A DNA stretch of 63,132 nt, filler included. It is 7 parts of 7 records of this genome, joined end to end, with 100 filler letters (N's around TTAATTAATTAA, not from the genome) between each part and the next. Parts side by side here need not be neighbours in the genome. Positions count along the whole stretch, not along the records: positions 36,320 to 49,823 come from SRR31156797_18820; positions 49,924 to 57,751 come from SRR31156797_18831; 5 more parts are not named here. One strand, 5' to 3'. This document shows positions 48,110 to 57,725 of the stretch, piece by piece. Under the pieces are notes generated by a model. It did not search any database and was not told the DNA's origin. It saw only the letters and a list, made by a program, of their open reading frames with translations. The stretch's first letter is position 1. Each line of letters starts with the position of its first letter. The translations under genes were made by a program, and so were the position numbers.

Positions 48110-48279
48110 CTTTTTTATCACAGGTTCCTAAAGAGTGGATAGCGTTTGCTTTTTAGAAAGTTGTTTAGTGGTGGTGTTTTTACAAAAATAAAAGCGACGT
48201 TTATAGTGTTGATAATCTATTGTGCTCGTGGTATCGGCATATCGTTCAGGAAAATTAAATACTCCTGAAGGAGGAAAAT

Positions 48280-48630
48280 ATGGGCAGTAGATGCCTTTTG
48301 AAGTCGAAAATTCACAGAGCAACCATTACCGACGCTAATGTCGATTATGAAGGTTCTATTTCAATTGATGTGAATCTGCTTGAAAAAGCAGGAATCCTTC
48401 CCTTTGAACGAGTCGATGTTCTCAATGTCGATAATGGGGAAAGGCTCACCACTTACGCCATTGAGGGCGGTCCTGGTGAGTTTTGTCTGAATGGTGCAGC
48501 AGCACATAAGGGCGAGGCCGGACAGAAAATTATTATCTGCTCCTATACATGGCTGGATGAAGACGAACTTGGGCTTCATAAGCCACAAGTTGTCCTTCTC
48601 GGTGACGGAAATAAGGTCAAGAAAGCATAA
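48280..48630 (+). CDS. panD: Aspartate 1-decarboxylase
   Basis: KSKIHRA, YEGSI cleavage site, NGERLTTYAI, LNGAAAH. Confidence 0.96.
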   Translation: MGSRCLLKSKIHRATITDANVDYEGSISIDVNLLEKAGILPFERVDVLNVDNGERLTTYAIEGGPGEFCLNGAAAHKGEAGQKIIICSYTWLDEDELGLHKPQVVLLGDGNKVKKA

Positions 48631-48640
48631 TAGCTCTATC

Positions 48641-48670
48641 AAAAAGGCGCGGTAAACCGCGCCTTTTTTT
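48641..48670 (+). terminator. Intrinsic terminator after panD
   Basis: AAAAAGGCGCGG-TAAA-CCGCGCCTTTTT. Confidence 0.85.
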
Positions 48671-48716
48671 ATTTCTATATATTATGTATACAGAAGGCAG
48701 CAAAAGGGAGGATGTA

Positions 48717-49727
48717 ATGAAAAAAAGATTTCTAGCTATATTGTGCGGTTTGGTTCTGGTATCTGGTTGCGCTCCGGTAATTAAGACCCAGTCTATACCT
48801 GTCTCGACGAATCCCATGGGTGCCACTGTTTATACTGACGGTAAAGTCGCCTGTACTTCTCCGTGTACTGTTGATCTTCCCCGCAACGCCGATCATATCA
48901 TTACGGTGAAGAAAGACCAGTACCGTCAGCAGGATGTGATAATTAAGCGTGTCTATCAGCAGGAAAAGGTTATGATGAAGGCTGTGTCGCAGGGCATGCA
49001 GTCATCTTCCATGGCTGTAGGTAGCGGCGGCGATAAAACAGCATGGGGAATGATGCAGGGAGTTAATTCCATTGATTCACAGGAGGAGACAGGAGATGCA
49101 TATGTGCTGGCTCCTTCGGCCGTATCTGTGCGTCTTGTTCCTTTAACAGCCCAAGCTCAGTATGAAATGACTGGGTCAACCGCACCGGATATTCAAAGTC
49201 TGACATCAACTGACCGTGCTCAAATCAGTTATATCCTGGAAACCATGAAGTCCGGTACTGATTTTAATTGGGCTAATTCCCAGACTGGGATTAAATATGA
49301 TTTACACGCAGGTCCTGCGCTTCCTGGTTATGATGCACCGACTCGTGCATTTATATTAAAGATGACCGCTCACGGTCAGACATCTAAATACGATGCTAAG
49401 GCCAGCAGAGTGGGGGAAGGAAAATGGAGTATACTCGGTAATGGAGCTTCGACATCCATGGTTACTGATGATGGTAGCGGAGTGCATGTTTCACAGCCTG
49501 CGACAATGAATTCCGATACATTTGTAAAGGATGCAGTTAAGGCGGGAGCTATGGCTGCTCCGACAATTCACGGTGGTGTGACAGCTAAAGGAGCTTCATC
49601 AAGCGAAGGATGGGACGGGGATACCTATACGAAGAAGTCTTCGTCTACCAAGGTGAAAGCGGGTGTGAGTGTTAATCCTGCGCAAGCTTTGGAAGTTCTG
49701 GACATGATTACTAATGATAAGAAGTAG
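48717..49727 (+). CDS. PEGA-domain lipoprotein
   Basis: Lipobox VSGC, VSTNPMGATVYTDG...TSP PEGA-like; ATG after GGGAGG. Confidence 0.75.
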   Translation: MKKRFLAILCGLVLVSGCAPVIKTQSIPVSTNPMGATVYTDGKVACTSPCTVDLPRNADHIITVKKDQYRQQDVIIKRVYQQEKVMMKAVSQGMQSSSMAVGSGGDKTAWGMMQGVNSIDSQEETGDAYVLAPSAVSVRLVPLTAQAQYEMTGSTAPDIQSLTSTDRAQISYILETMKSGTDFNWANSQTGIKYDLHAGPALPGYDAPTRAFILKMTAHGQTSKYDAKASRVGEGKWSILGNGASTSMVTDDGSGVHVSQPATMNSDTFVKDAVKAGAMAAPTIHGGVTAKGASSSEGWDGDTYTKKSSSTKVKAGVSVNPAQALEVLDMITNDKK

Positions 49728-49752
49728 TGTTTGAAAGGCGATAATATGTTTT

Positions 49753-49780
49753 AGGGCAGAGGGTGATTCTCTGCCTTTTT
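49753..49780 (+). terminator. Intrinsic terminator
   Basis: GGCAGAG/CTCTGCC stem plus T-run. Confidence 0.7.
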
Positions 49781-49823
49781 ATTACAGAGATAACTTAATC
49801 CTCTCCAGCCCGCACTATTAAGC

Positions 49824-49923
49824 NNNNNNNNNNNNNNNNNNNNNNNNNNNNNNNNNNNNNNNNNNNNTTAATTAATTAANNNNNNNNNNNNNNNNNNNNN
49901 NNNNNNNNNNNNNNNNNNNNNNN
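49824..49923. other. Artificial contig linker
   Basis: Ns + TTAATTAATTAA. Confidence 0.99.
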
Positions 49924-49924
49924 T

Positions 49925-50209
49925 CTGGTGGATGCTGAGTTTCATCTCCAAATTGCGTCAATCACGCGGAATGGATCGCTTGAGAATATGTTGAGGATAA
50001 ATCTTGAACATGTAAACCTCCGGTTCCGTTTGGATCATTGCGATGCCGGCAGGATGCCGACGGCGCTTCAAGAGCATCGGGATTTGGTTAAAGCCATAAA
50101 GCAGAAGGATGTACTGAAAAGCATTGACATTGTGAGGATGCACGTACGAAGGGGAAGAGATACTTGTATCAATTGCCTTTCGACGGATGAAGATACGATT
50201 AATCTGTAG
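49925..50209 (+). CDS. GntR family regulator, FCD C-terminal fragment (5' truncated)
   Basis: DAEFHLQIA...N..L...EHRDLVKAI...HV pattern. Confidence 0.85.
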   Translation: MVDAEFHLQIASITRNGSLENMLRINLEHVNLRFRLDHCDAGRMPTALQEHRDLVKAIKQKDVLKSIDIVRMHVRRGRDTCINCLSTDEDTINL

Positions 50210-50246
50210 AAAACAACAGTTTCTCGGTTGTTGGGGGTAGTCATAT

Positions 50247-51923
50247 ATGGGTTCGGGCGATATACAAAAGGCTTTCGAAAAATGGCAAGGCACAACACTC
50301 AAAAGAGTGCTTGATAAATCTGCGGAAAGAGAAAAGGCCTTTGCTACCGAAAGCGGCATTCCTGTTAAGAGACTTTATACGCCTTCAGACCTCGAGCATA
50401 CGGATTACAACAAGGATCTCGGTTTCCCCGGGGAAGAACCCTATACGAGAGGCGTCTATCCCACCATGTATCGCGGACGTCTCTGGACCATGAGAAACTA
50501 CGCGGGGTTCGGGACTGCCGAGGATACGAACAAGCGATTTCGTTACCTCCTGGAGCAGGGCATGCCGGGATTGTCGGTGGCATTTGATCTCCCCACCCAG
50601 CTTGGATATGACTCAAATGATCCCGTGGCCGAGGGTTCTGTTGGGAGGGTGGGAGTTGCGGTAGACACATTGGCTGACATGGAAATAATTTTCAAAGACA
50701 TTCCTTTGGACAAAGTTTCCACCTCCATGACAATCAATGCGCCGGCTACGGTCCTTCTGGCCATGTATATGGTGGTGGGAGAGAAGCAAGGCATTCCAAA
50801 AGAAAAACTAACAGGCACAACCCAGAATGATATCCTGAAAGACTTCATCGCCCGAGGCACCTACATTTTCCCCCCCGAACCGAGCATAAGACTCTGCCTG
50901 GACATTATTGAATATTGCTACAGACATGTTCCCAGATGGAATACGCTGAGCATAACGGGATATCATATCAGAGAAGCTGGTGCCAATGCCATACAAGAAC
51001 TGGCCTTTACCCTTGCAAATGCAATCACTTACATAGAAAAGGCCCAAGAGAGGGGCCTCCATGTGGACGAATTTGCTCCCCGATTGTCATACAGCCTTGG
51101 ATGTCATAGAGACCTTTTTGAGGAAGTGGCGAAATATCGTGCGGCCAGAAGATTGTTTGCAAAGATCATAAAGAAGCGTTTTAAGGCAAAAAATCCCAAA
51201 AGTTTTCTTTTCAGGACCTATAGCGGATCGTGCGGCTCTACCCTGATTACACAGCAACCGTTAAATAACATCGCTCGGGTGACCATGCACGCGCTTATGG
51301 GGATCCTTGGCGGGCATCAGGCGATTCATACCGCCTGCTGGGACGAGGGGTATGCCATCCCCACCGAAGATTCGGCCATGATTGCGCTTAGGACCCAACA
51401 GATCCTGGCCCATGAAAGCGGTCTCACCAAAACCATCGATCCATTGGCAGGTTCATACTATGTGGAATCCCTGACCGATGAAATTGAGAAGAGGGCATCC
51501 GAATATCTTGAGAAAATAGACCGGATGGGGGGGATGCTCAAGGCCATAGAAAACGGATTTGTATTCCAGGAAATTCAGGAATCAAGTGTTCAATTTCAGA
51601 AGGAAGTGGATAGCGGTGAAAAGGTTATCGTGGGTCTGAATAAATTTACCATTCCGGAAGAGGAAGACTTTGAGGAACAGGATATTTTTGAAACAGACTC
51701 AAGAGTTGAGAACTTGCAGAAAGAAAAACTCGAAAAGGTGAAGGCTGAAAGGAATGGAGAAGATGTTGAATCGGCCATGGGTGAATTAAAAAAGGCCATC
51801 GACAGTGACGAGAATCTCATGCCCTTCATTATTGAGGCGGTGAAACATTATGCCACTCTCGGGGAGATCTGTCAGGTGATGAGAGAAAAGTGGGGAGAGT
51901 TCAAGCCCACTACCTATATCTAA
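50247..51923 (+). CDS. B12-dependent acyl-CoA mutase, large (substrate-binding) subunit, methylmalonyl-CoA mutase family
   Basis: PYTRG, GLSVAFDLPTQ, SMTIN, QNDILK, ARGTY, GYHIREAG, ALRTQQI, DPLAGSY. Confidence 0.93.
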   Translation: MGSGDIQKAFEKWQGTTLKRVLDKSAEREKAFATESGIPVKRLYTPSDLEHTDYNKDLGFPGEEPYTRGVYPTMYRGRLWTMRNYAGFGTAEDTNKRFRYLLEQGMPGLSVAFDLPTQLGYDSNDPVAEGSVGRVGVAVDTLADMEIIFKDIPLDKVSTSMTINAPATVLLAMYMVVGEKQGIPKEKLTGTTQNDILKDFIARGTYIFPPEPSIRLCLDIIEYCYRHVPRWNTLSITGYHIREAGANAIQELAFTLANAITYIEKAQERGLHVDEFAPRLSYSLGCHRDLFEEVAKYRAARRLFAKIIKKRFKAKNPKSFLFRTYSGSCGSTLITQQPLNNIARVTMHALMGILGGHQAIHTACWDEGYAIPTEDSAMIALRTQQILAHESGLTKTIDPLAGSYYVESLTDEIEKRASEYLEKIDRMGGMLKAIENGFVFQEIQESSVQFQKEVDSGEKVIVGLNKFTIPEEEDFEEQDIFETDSRVENLQKEKLEKVKAERNGEDVESAMGELKKAIDSDENLMPFIIEAVKHYATLGEICQVMREKWGEFKPTTYI

Positions 51924-51951
51924 AAGTCTTTGAAAACCTGGGAAATACGTA

Positions 51952-52353
51952 ATGAAAAAACGAAAAATAAGAATATTAATTGCAAAGGCCGGACTTGACG
52001 GCCATGACCGCGGGGCCAAAATTGTAGCCCGGGCATTGAAAGATGCGGGTATGGAAGTTATTTATACGGGCCTCAGACAATCCGTGGATCAAGTGGTTAG
52101 CGCAGCGGTTCAGGAAGATGTGGATGTGGTGGGCCTCAGTTTCCTTTCAGGGGACCATCTGATCTTGCTTCCGAAAGTGGTTCAGCGGCTGAAAGAACAG
52201 GGGAAAGGGGACGTTACTATTCTGGCGGGTGGCATAATATTAAAACGCCACATACCGGACCTTGAAAAGATTGGGGTGAAAAAGGTTTTTTTACCTGGCA
52301 CGTCTCCAGGAAAGATCGTTGGGTACATTGAGGATAATGTCTACCGGTCATGA
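51952..52353 (+). CDS. Acyl-CoA mutase small subunit (cobalamin-binding domain)
   Basis: [18 protein letters not shown]. Confidence 0.95.
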   Translation: MKKRKIRILIAKAGLDGHDRGAKIVARALKDAGMEVIYTGLRQSVDQVVSAAVQEDVDVVGLSFLSGDHLILLPKVVQRLKEQGKGDVTILAGGIILKRHIPDLEKIGVKKVFLPGTSPGKIVGYIEDNVYRS

Positions 52354-52434
52354 GGTGATTACCCAATCTTAAAGATGCAATCTGTTGGTGCGGATTGTTC
52401 CTTTTTCGGCCAAAAACAAAAGGGAGGTCGGTTT

Positions 52435-53562
52435 ATGTATTCTTTGCCATTTTCCTCGGAGGAATACGGGGAAAGACTTAAGAAAGTCAGACAGCGGATG
52501 TGGGAGGAGGGGTTAGACGCCATCATCCTTACCAGGGCTCAGAACATCTATTGGGTGGGGGGATACCGGGCGGCCGTCATGAACTGGACCCTCCCGCTCC
52601 TGGCGCTGGTCATCCCTCAAAAAGGTGAGATGCGTTTCCTGACCCGCGTCATTGAAAGCGCTACTGCTGATACCCAGTTGGCCCCAAACCCGAGGAAGTA
52701 CAAGGATCATGAGAAACCATATGACATCCTGGCCGAGCTTGTCCGGGAATGTGTGGCGGAATCGGATACTGTGGGTGTGGAAGAGTCCTTTATGACCGTT
52801 TCGCAGCTGAATCTGATGAAACAGGCCCTCCCTGATGCCAATTTCAAGGACGTCAGTTGGCTTGTGGAAAATATAAGGATTACGCTATCGGAACAGGAGG
52901 TCGCCTATTTCAGAAGGGCAGCCGAAGTCACGAATATCGGATTTTCACGGGGTCTTGAACTCATGAAGGCGGGGGTGTACCCCTATGAAATGATCGGGGA
53001 GATGCAAAATGCCATGTATCAGGCAGGTCAATCCGATGTGGAGGTTCCCAAAATGTGGATCTGGTCGGGGCCGGAAGGGGGCTTGATGCACGACACCGCC
53101 GTCAACCGCCGGATAAAAAAGGGAGACCTGGCCACCATGGAAGTTTGGGGGACGGACTGTCAGTACCTGGTGGGCGCCCAAGGGACCGTTTTTCTTGGAG
53201 ACGCGCCCGGTATGGAAGTTTTGGACGAACAAAAACTCGTGTCGGAGATGTATCTGGCGGCAAAAGAGGTTTTGAAGCCGGGGGCCGTTTCCGGAGATGC
53301 GTATGGGGCCGCCAACAAGGTCTACCGGTCTGCCAAGGGTGAAGATTACTGGCGAAGGGTAGGGGCGAACATGGGGTTGACATTCGGCCCTGTGGATATG
53401 GGTATGACGGGAGATCACATTCTTGAGCCCTGGACCCCGTTTATTCTTCAGATAGTAGAGGTGAAGCCGGTCTTGGCAACCTGTTGCAGTACCCTTCTTG
53501 TGACTGAGTCCGGTTGTGAGGAACTGACCCCGCCTCTGCTCGAGCTAAAATGTCTCGCCTGA
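52435..53562 (+). CDS. M24/creatinase-fold hydrolase (ectoine hydrolase/creatinase-like)
   Basis: FSSEEYGERL creatinase N-terminal domain, pita-bread domain (MHD..NRRIKKGD, LLVTESGCEELT); ATG after GGGAGG. Confidence 0.82.
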   Translation: MYSLPFSSEEYGERLKKVRQRMWEEGLDAIILTRAQNIYWVGGYRAAVMNWTLPLLALVIPQKGEMRFLTRVIESATADTQLAPNPRKYKDHEKPYDILAELVRECVAESDTVGVEESFMTVSQLNLMKQALPDANFKDVSWLVENIRITLSEQEVAYFRRAAEVTNIGFSRGLELMKAGVYPYEMIGEMQNAMYQAGQSDVEVPKMWIWSGPEGGLMHDTAVNRRIKKGDLATMEVWGTDCQYLVGAQGTVFLGDAPGMEVLDEQKLVSEMYLAAKEVLKPGAVSGDAYGAANKVYRSAKGEDYWRRVGANMGLTFGPVDMGMTGDHILEPWTPFILQIVEVKPVLATCCSTLLVTESGCEELTPPLLELKCLA

Positions 53563-53660
53563 AAACCACGACCCAAAGTTTGATAACACTTTTAAATTGT
53601 ATGATGAATGACAAACGAAACCATTTTAGCTTCTAATTCTTAGTGAGGGAGGTAGGAAAA

Positions 53661-54347
53661 ATGAGTCAGAAGGCCTGGCAAAAAGGGCTTGAGAAAATTC
53701 CTCAAGCAGTGGGGGAATTCCCCGTGGATCCGAAAAACATGGCCCTGCTGGTGATCGACATGCAGTATTACGTTGCTCATCCCGATTACGGCGTATTGAA
53801 GAACTTTATTGAGGCAGACCCCGAATCAGCGCAGTATTATTGCGATCGGTTGAAAATAGCGGTTCCCAACTGCGCCAAACTCCTTGATTGTTTCCGAAAA
53901 AACAAAATGCGCATCTTTTACGGCGCCTATGGCGCTTCGCTGCTTGACGGAAGCGATCTACACCCCCTCCGGCAGGCGAGGCTGAAGGAAGTTCCGTCCT
54001 TTACGACGGAGGACTTTGAATTCAAGGTCCTGGAAGAAGTCAAACCCCAGCGAGGGGAGTTGGTGGTTCCGAAATCGACCCGCAGCGCCTTTACGGGTAC
54101 CTCCCTTGACCACAGGATGAGAATGAGCGGCATCGAGACCGTTGTGGTGGTCGGCGTCGCCACGGACGTATGTGTTAGCAGCACCGCCAGAGGGGCCTGG
54201 GATCTTGGGTTCAAGGTCATTCTGATTGACGATGCTTCCGCGACCTTTACCGAGGAAGATCAGGTTTACACCATGAGAAACTGGGCTGCGTTCTTCGGCA
54301 AGGTCATGGACACGGACGAACTCGCTTCGATCCTCAATGAGCAGTAA
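53661..54347 (+). CDS. Isochorismatase-family cysteine hydrolase (amidase)
   Basis: Asp-Lys-Cys triad: VIDMQ, PKSTRSAF, GVATDVCV. Confidence 0.9.
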   Translation: MSQKAWQKGLEKIPQAVGEFPVDPKNMALLVIDMQYYVAHPDYGVLKNFIEADPESAQYYCDRLKIAVPNCAKLLDCFRKNKMRIFYGAYGASLLDGSDLHPLRQARLKEVPSFTTEDFEFKVLEEVKPQRGELVVPKSTRSAFTGTSLDHRMRMSGIETVVVVGVATDVCVSSTARGAWDLGFKVILIDDASATFTEEDQVYTMRNWAAFFGKVMDTDELASILNEQ

Positions 54348-54380
54348 ACGCCAACTCTTAATTTTTCAGGAGGCAAAAAA

Positions 54381-54701
54381 ATGATTTATCTGCATGTTAC
54401 GGTTCAGGTTCACCGCGGCAAGATGAACGAGTGGACCAAGATTTTCCGGGAACACCTGCTGCCGGCCATGGAGAAACACGGGCAAAGGCTGGTGGCGGCA
54501 TGGAAGACCAGCGTAGGCCTTTATGACGAGGTGACGGATCTTTACGCCTTTGAAGATTTTACCGAGTTCCAGAAGATTCGGGAAAAGCTCTTCAATGAAC
54601 CGGAAGTTCAGAAATGGTTGCCGATTATCTATGAAATCACGGGGAAAGAGGAAAGCAAGATCCTTTCCCCTTTGGGGTATGGCGAAATGACCAAAGAATA
54701 G
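54381..54701 (+). CDS. NIPSNAP family protein
   Basis: 106-aa ferredoxin-like pattern GKM..W...G.RLVAAW...G..DEV..LY...ESKILSP. Confidence 0.75.
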   Translation: MIYLHVTVQVHRGKMNEWTKIFREHLLPAMEKHGQRLVAAWKTSVGLYDEVTDLYAFEDFTEFQKIREKLFNEPEVQKWLPIIYEITGKEESKILSPLGYGEMTKE

Positions 54702-54721
54702 AAGCGGGGTCTTAAATAAGG

Positions 54722-54757
54722 GAACGCCCCGCCTTCCCTTGGTAAGGCGGGGCGTTT
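54722..54757. repeat. GC-rich intergenic hairpin
   Basis: AACGCCCCGCCTT/AAGGCGGGGCGTT inverted repeat inside the operon. Confidence 0.65.
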
Positions 54758-54780
54758 CGTCCAGTCAATTGCGTGGAGGG

Positions 54781-56310
54781 ATGAAGATGCATTTACGGGA
54801 AGTTCTGCTTCGTGAGGCCCGTCGGAACTCGCGGATGGATGCCTTTGTCTATGGGGATCGAAGAATCACTTTCTCACAGCTCAAAGAGAGGGCGTGCAGA
54901 TTGGCCAATGCACTCTCCACTTTGGGAGTCGGGAGAGGGGACCGTGTCGGCATCCTTCTTTTTAACTGCTTAGAGTATCCTGAAATTTTGTGGGCCAATT
55001 TTCTATTGGGGTCCGTGGCCGTCACCCTCAATTTCCGGCTTGTTTCCGAAGAGATTGTTTATGTGCAGGACGTGGCCCAGTTGAAGGTACTAATCCTGGG
55101 GACCGAATTTCTGGACAGGGTCGACCCGGTAAGAGACCGTCTTCCCGGCATTGAAAAATATGTCTGCCTCGGAAAAGAGAAATCACAAGGGACCCTCGAC
55201 TACCATGAATTGGTGGAAAAAGGGAGTGTAATCCTTCCACCTGTTTTGGGCGACGACCGGGATGCCGCCGTAGTCCTGTTCACTTCCGGCACAGCGGCAT
55301 TCCCCAAGGCTGTTGTTCTCACTCACCAAAACCTCATAACGGCGGGCCTCGTCTGGGCCACGGACGTGGGCATAAGGCATGGGGATAACTGCCTTGTGGT
55401 CACCCCCTTCTATCACATCGGGGCCGTGGGCTACCATGTGGCCCACGCCATGTGCGGCGCATCTACCACCTGTTTCCCCCAGCCGAACTGGGATCCTGAG
55501 CTTTTTCTCAGAACCGTGGAGAAAGAAAAAGTTACCTACCTGTATATAACCCCCGGCATGTATCGTCAGGTTTTTTCGGTGCCGGATTTCAGGGAATATG
55601 ATCTCCGTTCATGGCGGGTATGCATAACGGGATCGGAACCTGTTCCCAGGGCAACCGTGGAAGAGATGGCCGAGAACCTTCCCTACGGCAGGATCTATAA
55701 TGAATACGGTTTGACCGAGGCTTCGGGTCCCACGGTATCGGTTGCCAAGCACGAGATGGCCATTGCCAAGGCCCCTTCCGTGGGACGGCCCTTTATTAAT
55801 ACGGACATCCGGATTATGGATGAAAGCGGCCATGAATGCGAGATAGGCCAGGTGGGGGAGATCGTTGTAAAAGGGGATCAGGTGATGAAAGAATATCTGA
55901 ATGATCCCGATACAACCGCGAAAACCCTCAAGGACGGCTGGCTTTATACGGGCGATCTGGGAGAAATGGATGACGAAGGGTTCCTGTACGTGGTGGACAG
56001 GAAAAAAGACATCATCATCAGCGGTGGTGAAAATATCTCATCGGTTGAGGTGGAGTCCACCCTCTATAAGCATCCCAAGATCATGGAGGCCGCCGTCATA
56101 GGCGTACCCGATCCGAAGTTCGGAGAAGGGGTGTGCGCGGTTGTTGTGTCGCGGGAAGGGGAGCGTATTTCGGAGCAGGAGGTCGTGGATTATTGTAAAG
56201 AATATCTTGCGAGCTTCAAAAAGCCCAGAAAGGTTATTTTCACGGATGCCTTGCCTCGAAATCCCTCGGGAAAAGTCCTTAAAAGGGATCTAAGAAAAGC
56301 ATATGCATAA
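54781..56310 (+). CDS. AMP-forming acyl-CoA ligase
   Basis: FTSGTAAFPK, YGLTEA, TGDLG, DRKKD, SGGENI, PRNPSGKV. Confidence 0.92.
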   Translation: MKMHLREVLLREARRNSRMDAFVYGDRRITFSQLKERACRLANALSTLGVGRGDRVGILLFNCLEYPEILWANFLLGSVAVTLNFRLVSEEIVYVQDVAQLKVLILGTEFLDRVDPVRDRLPGIEKYVCLGKEKSQGTLDYHELVEKGSVILPPVLGDDRDAAVVLFTSGTAAFPKAVVLTHQNLITAGLVWATDVGIRHGDNCLVVTPFYHIGAVGYHVAHAMCGASTTCFPQPNWDPELFLRTVEKEKVTYLYITPGMYRQVFSVPDFREYDLRSWRVCITGSEPVPRATVEEMAENLPYGRIYNEYGLTEASGPTVSVAKHEMAIAKAPSVGRPFINTDIRIMDESGHECEIGQVGEIVVKGDQVMKEYLNDPDTTAKTLKDGWLYTGDLGEMDDEGFLYVVDRKKDIIISGGENISSVEVESTLYKHPKIMEAAVIGVPDPKFGEGVCAVVVSREGERISEQEVVDYCKEYLASFKKPRKVIFTDALPRNPSGKVLKRDLRKAYA

Positions 56311-56346
56311 GTGAGAAATGAGAATGTCCGAAAAGGTTTGATGATT

Positions 56347-57714
56347 ATGAATGGGGGAATCAAAAAACTGTTTGAACCTGAATCCATCGCCATGGTGGGC
56401 GTGTCCGGCGAACCAAACAAGATGAGCCACTGGCTCATTCGGAACGTTGCGGAGGCGGGGTTCGAGGGGGCTGTCTACCCTATTAGCCGCAGGGGCGGTC
56501 AAAACCTCGGTTATAGGGTGTACGGAGATTTGAATGAAGTTCCCGAGCCGGTGGATCTTGTACTGGTGAGTGTTGCCAGCAAATTTGTAAAAGATACCAT
56601 TGAAGAAGCAGCCCAAAACAAGGCAGGCGCCGCGGTTATACTCAGTTCGGGGTTCGGGGAGATTCGAGACAAGGCCGGGAAGATTCTCGAGGAAGAGATC
56701 CGGCAGATTGCACGCGAAAACAACATGCGGATTATGGGGCCCAATTGCCTTGGCGTTTATAATGCACACAAACGATTGAACGGAACATACTTTGCCAAGA
56801 CGCCTAAACATAAAGGTAAAATATCTTTGGTTTCGCAGAGCGGGGCTTACGCCGGGGTGCTTGTTGATGAAATGAACCGGCGAGGCATGGGCTTAGGAAA
56901 AATGGCCAGTATCGGGAACCAGATGGATGTCCGGCATCAGGACGTTGTCGAATACCTGGCGGATGACCCGGATACCGACGTTATCGGCCTTTTTGTGGAA
57001 GGGGTCAAGGACGGTTCCGGTTTCCTTTCGGTTGTCAAAGCGGTTTCCAGGATCAAGCCCATCGTTATCCTGAAGGGGGGCCGCACCGATGCGGGTTCAA
57101 GGGCCGTTGTCTCCCATACGGGATCTCTGGCGGGAGATTTCAGGGTGGCCAAGGCCGCTTTTGCTCAGGCCGGCGCTCTTGTGGCAGAAACCACTGAGGA
57201 TTTTCTGGACTATCTGTTTGCCCTTTCCCATAACCGTCAACAACTGCCGGGGGACGAGAGATTGGCCATCGTAACCATTTCAGGAGGACCTTGCGTTGCC
57301 GCCAGCGACTATTGTGAGGAACTGGGCCTTAAAGTACCCGAGTTGGGTGAGGACACCAGAGAGAAACTCCGGGAATACATCCCCTTTTTCGCAGCGGATT
57401 CAAATCCTGTGGATATGACCGTCGGTATCCCCTTGGAGAATATCGGCCCGTGCGTGGATGCGGTAATTTCCGATCCTGATATTTCAGGGGCCATCGCCAT
57501 TAACTGGGGATGGGATGTGAAGGAATTCGCCGATGCTTTTGTTGATGCATCAAAAAGACACAAAAAACCTGTCCTTGCCTTTGCAAGTGAGAATCCAACG
57601 GTCCAGGACATCTTTCGCAGGGGCGGCATTATTAATTTCCCCGCACCTGAAAGAGCTGTAAAGGCCTATTGGGGTCTCCTACAGTACCGAAAAGTGATCG
57701 ATAAAAAATCATAG
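56347..57714 (+). CDS. ADP-forming acyl-CoA synthetase alpha subunit (AcdA-like)
   Basis: CoA-binding domain, GPNCLG, SQSG, SHTG phospho-His, ISGG, NPVD; start uncertain (56311-56347). Confidence 0.88.
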   Translation: MNGGIKKLFEPESIAMVGVSGEPNKMSHWLIRNVAEAGFEGAVYPISRRGGQNLGYRVYGDLNEVPEPVDLVLVSVASKFVKDTIEEAAQNKAGAAVILSSGFGEIRDKAGKILEEEIRQIARENNMRIMGPNCLGVYNAHKRLNGTYFAKTPKHKGKISLVSQSGAYAGVLVDEMNRRGMGLGKMASIGNQMDVRHQDVVEYLADDPDTDVIGLFVEGVKDGSGFLSVVKAVSRIKPIVILKGGRTDAGSRAVVSHTGSLAGDFRVAKAAFAQAGALVAETTEDFLDYLFALSHNRQQLPGDERLAIVTISGGPCVAASDYCEELGLKVPELGEDTREKLREYIPFFAADSNPVDMTVGIPLENIGPCVDAVISDPDISGAIAINWGWDVKEFADAFVDASKRHKKPVLAFASENPTVQDIFRRGGIINFPAPERAVKAYWGLLQYRKVIDKKS

Positions 57715-57725
57715 AAGGAGGTTTT

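Noticed and set aside
49795-49823. Possible C-terminus of a minus-strand gene (LIVRAGED*) at the contig end
   Set aside because: Too short to assign.
52351-52435. In-frame TGA between the mutase small subunit and the M24 gene as selenocysteine or readthrough fusion
   Set aside because: The B12 domain is complete at the stop, the downstream gene has its own GGGAGG RBS and ATG, and no SECIS-like hairpin is evident.
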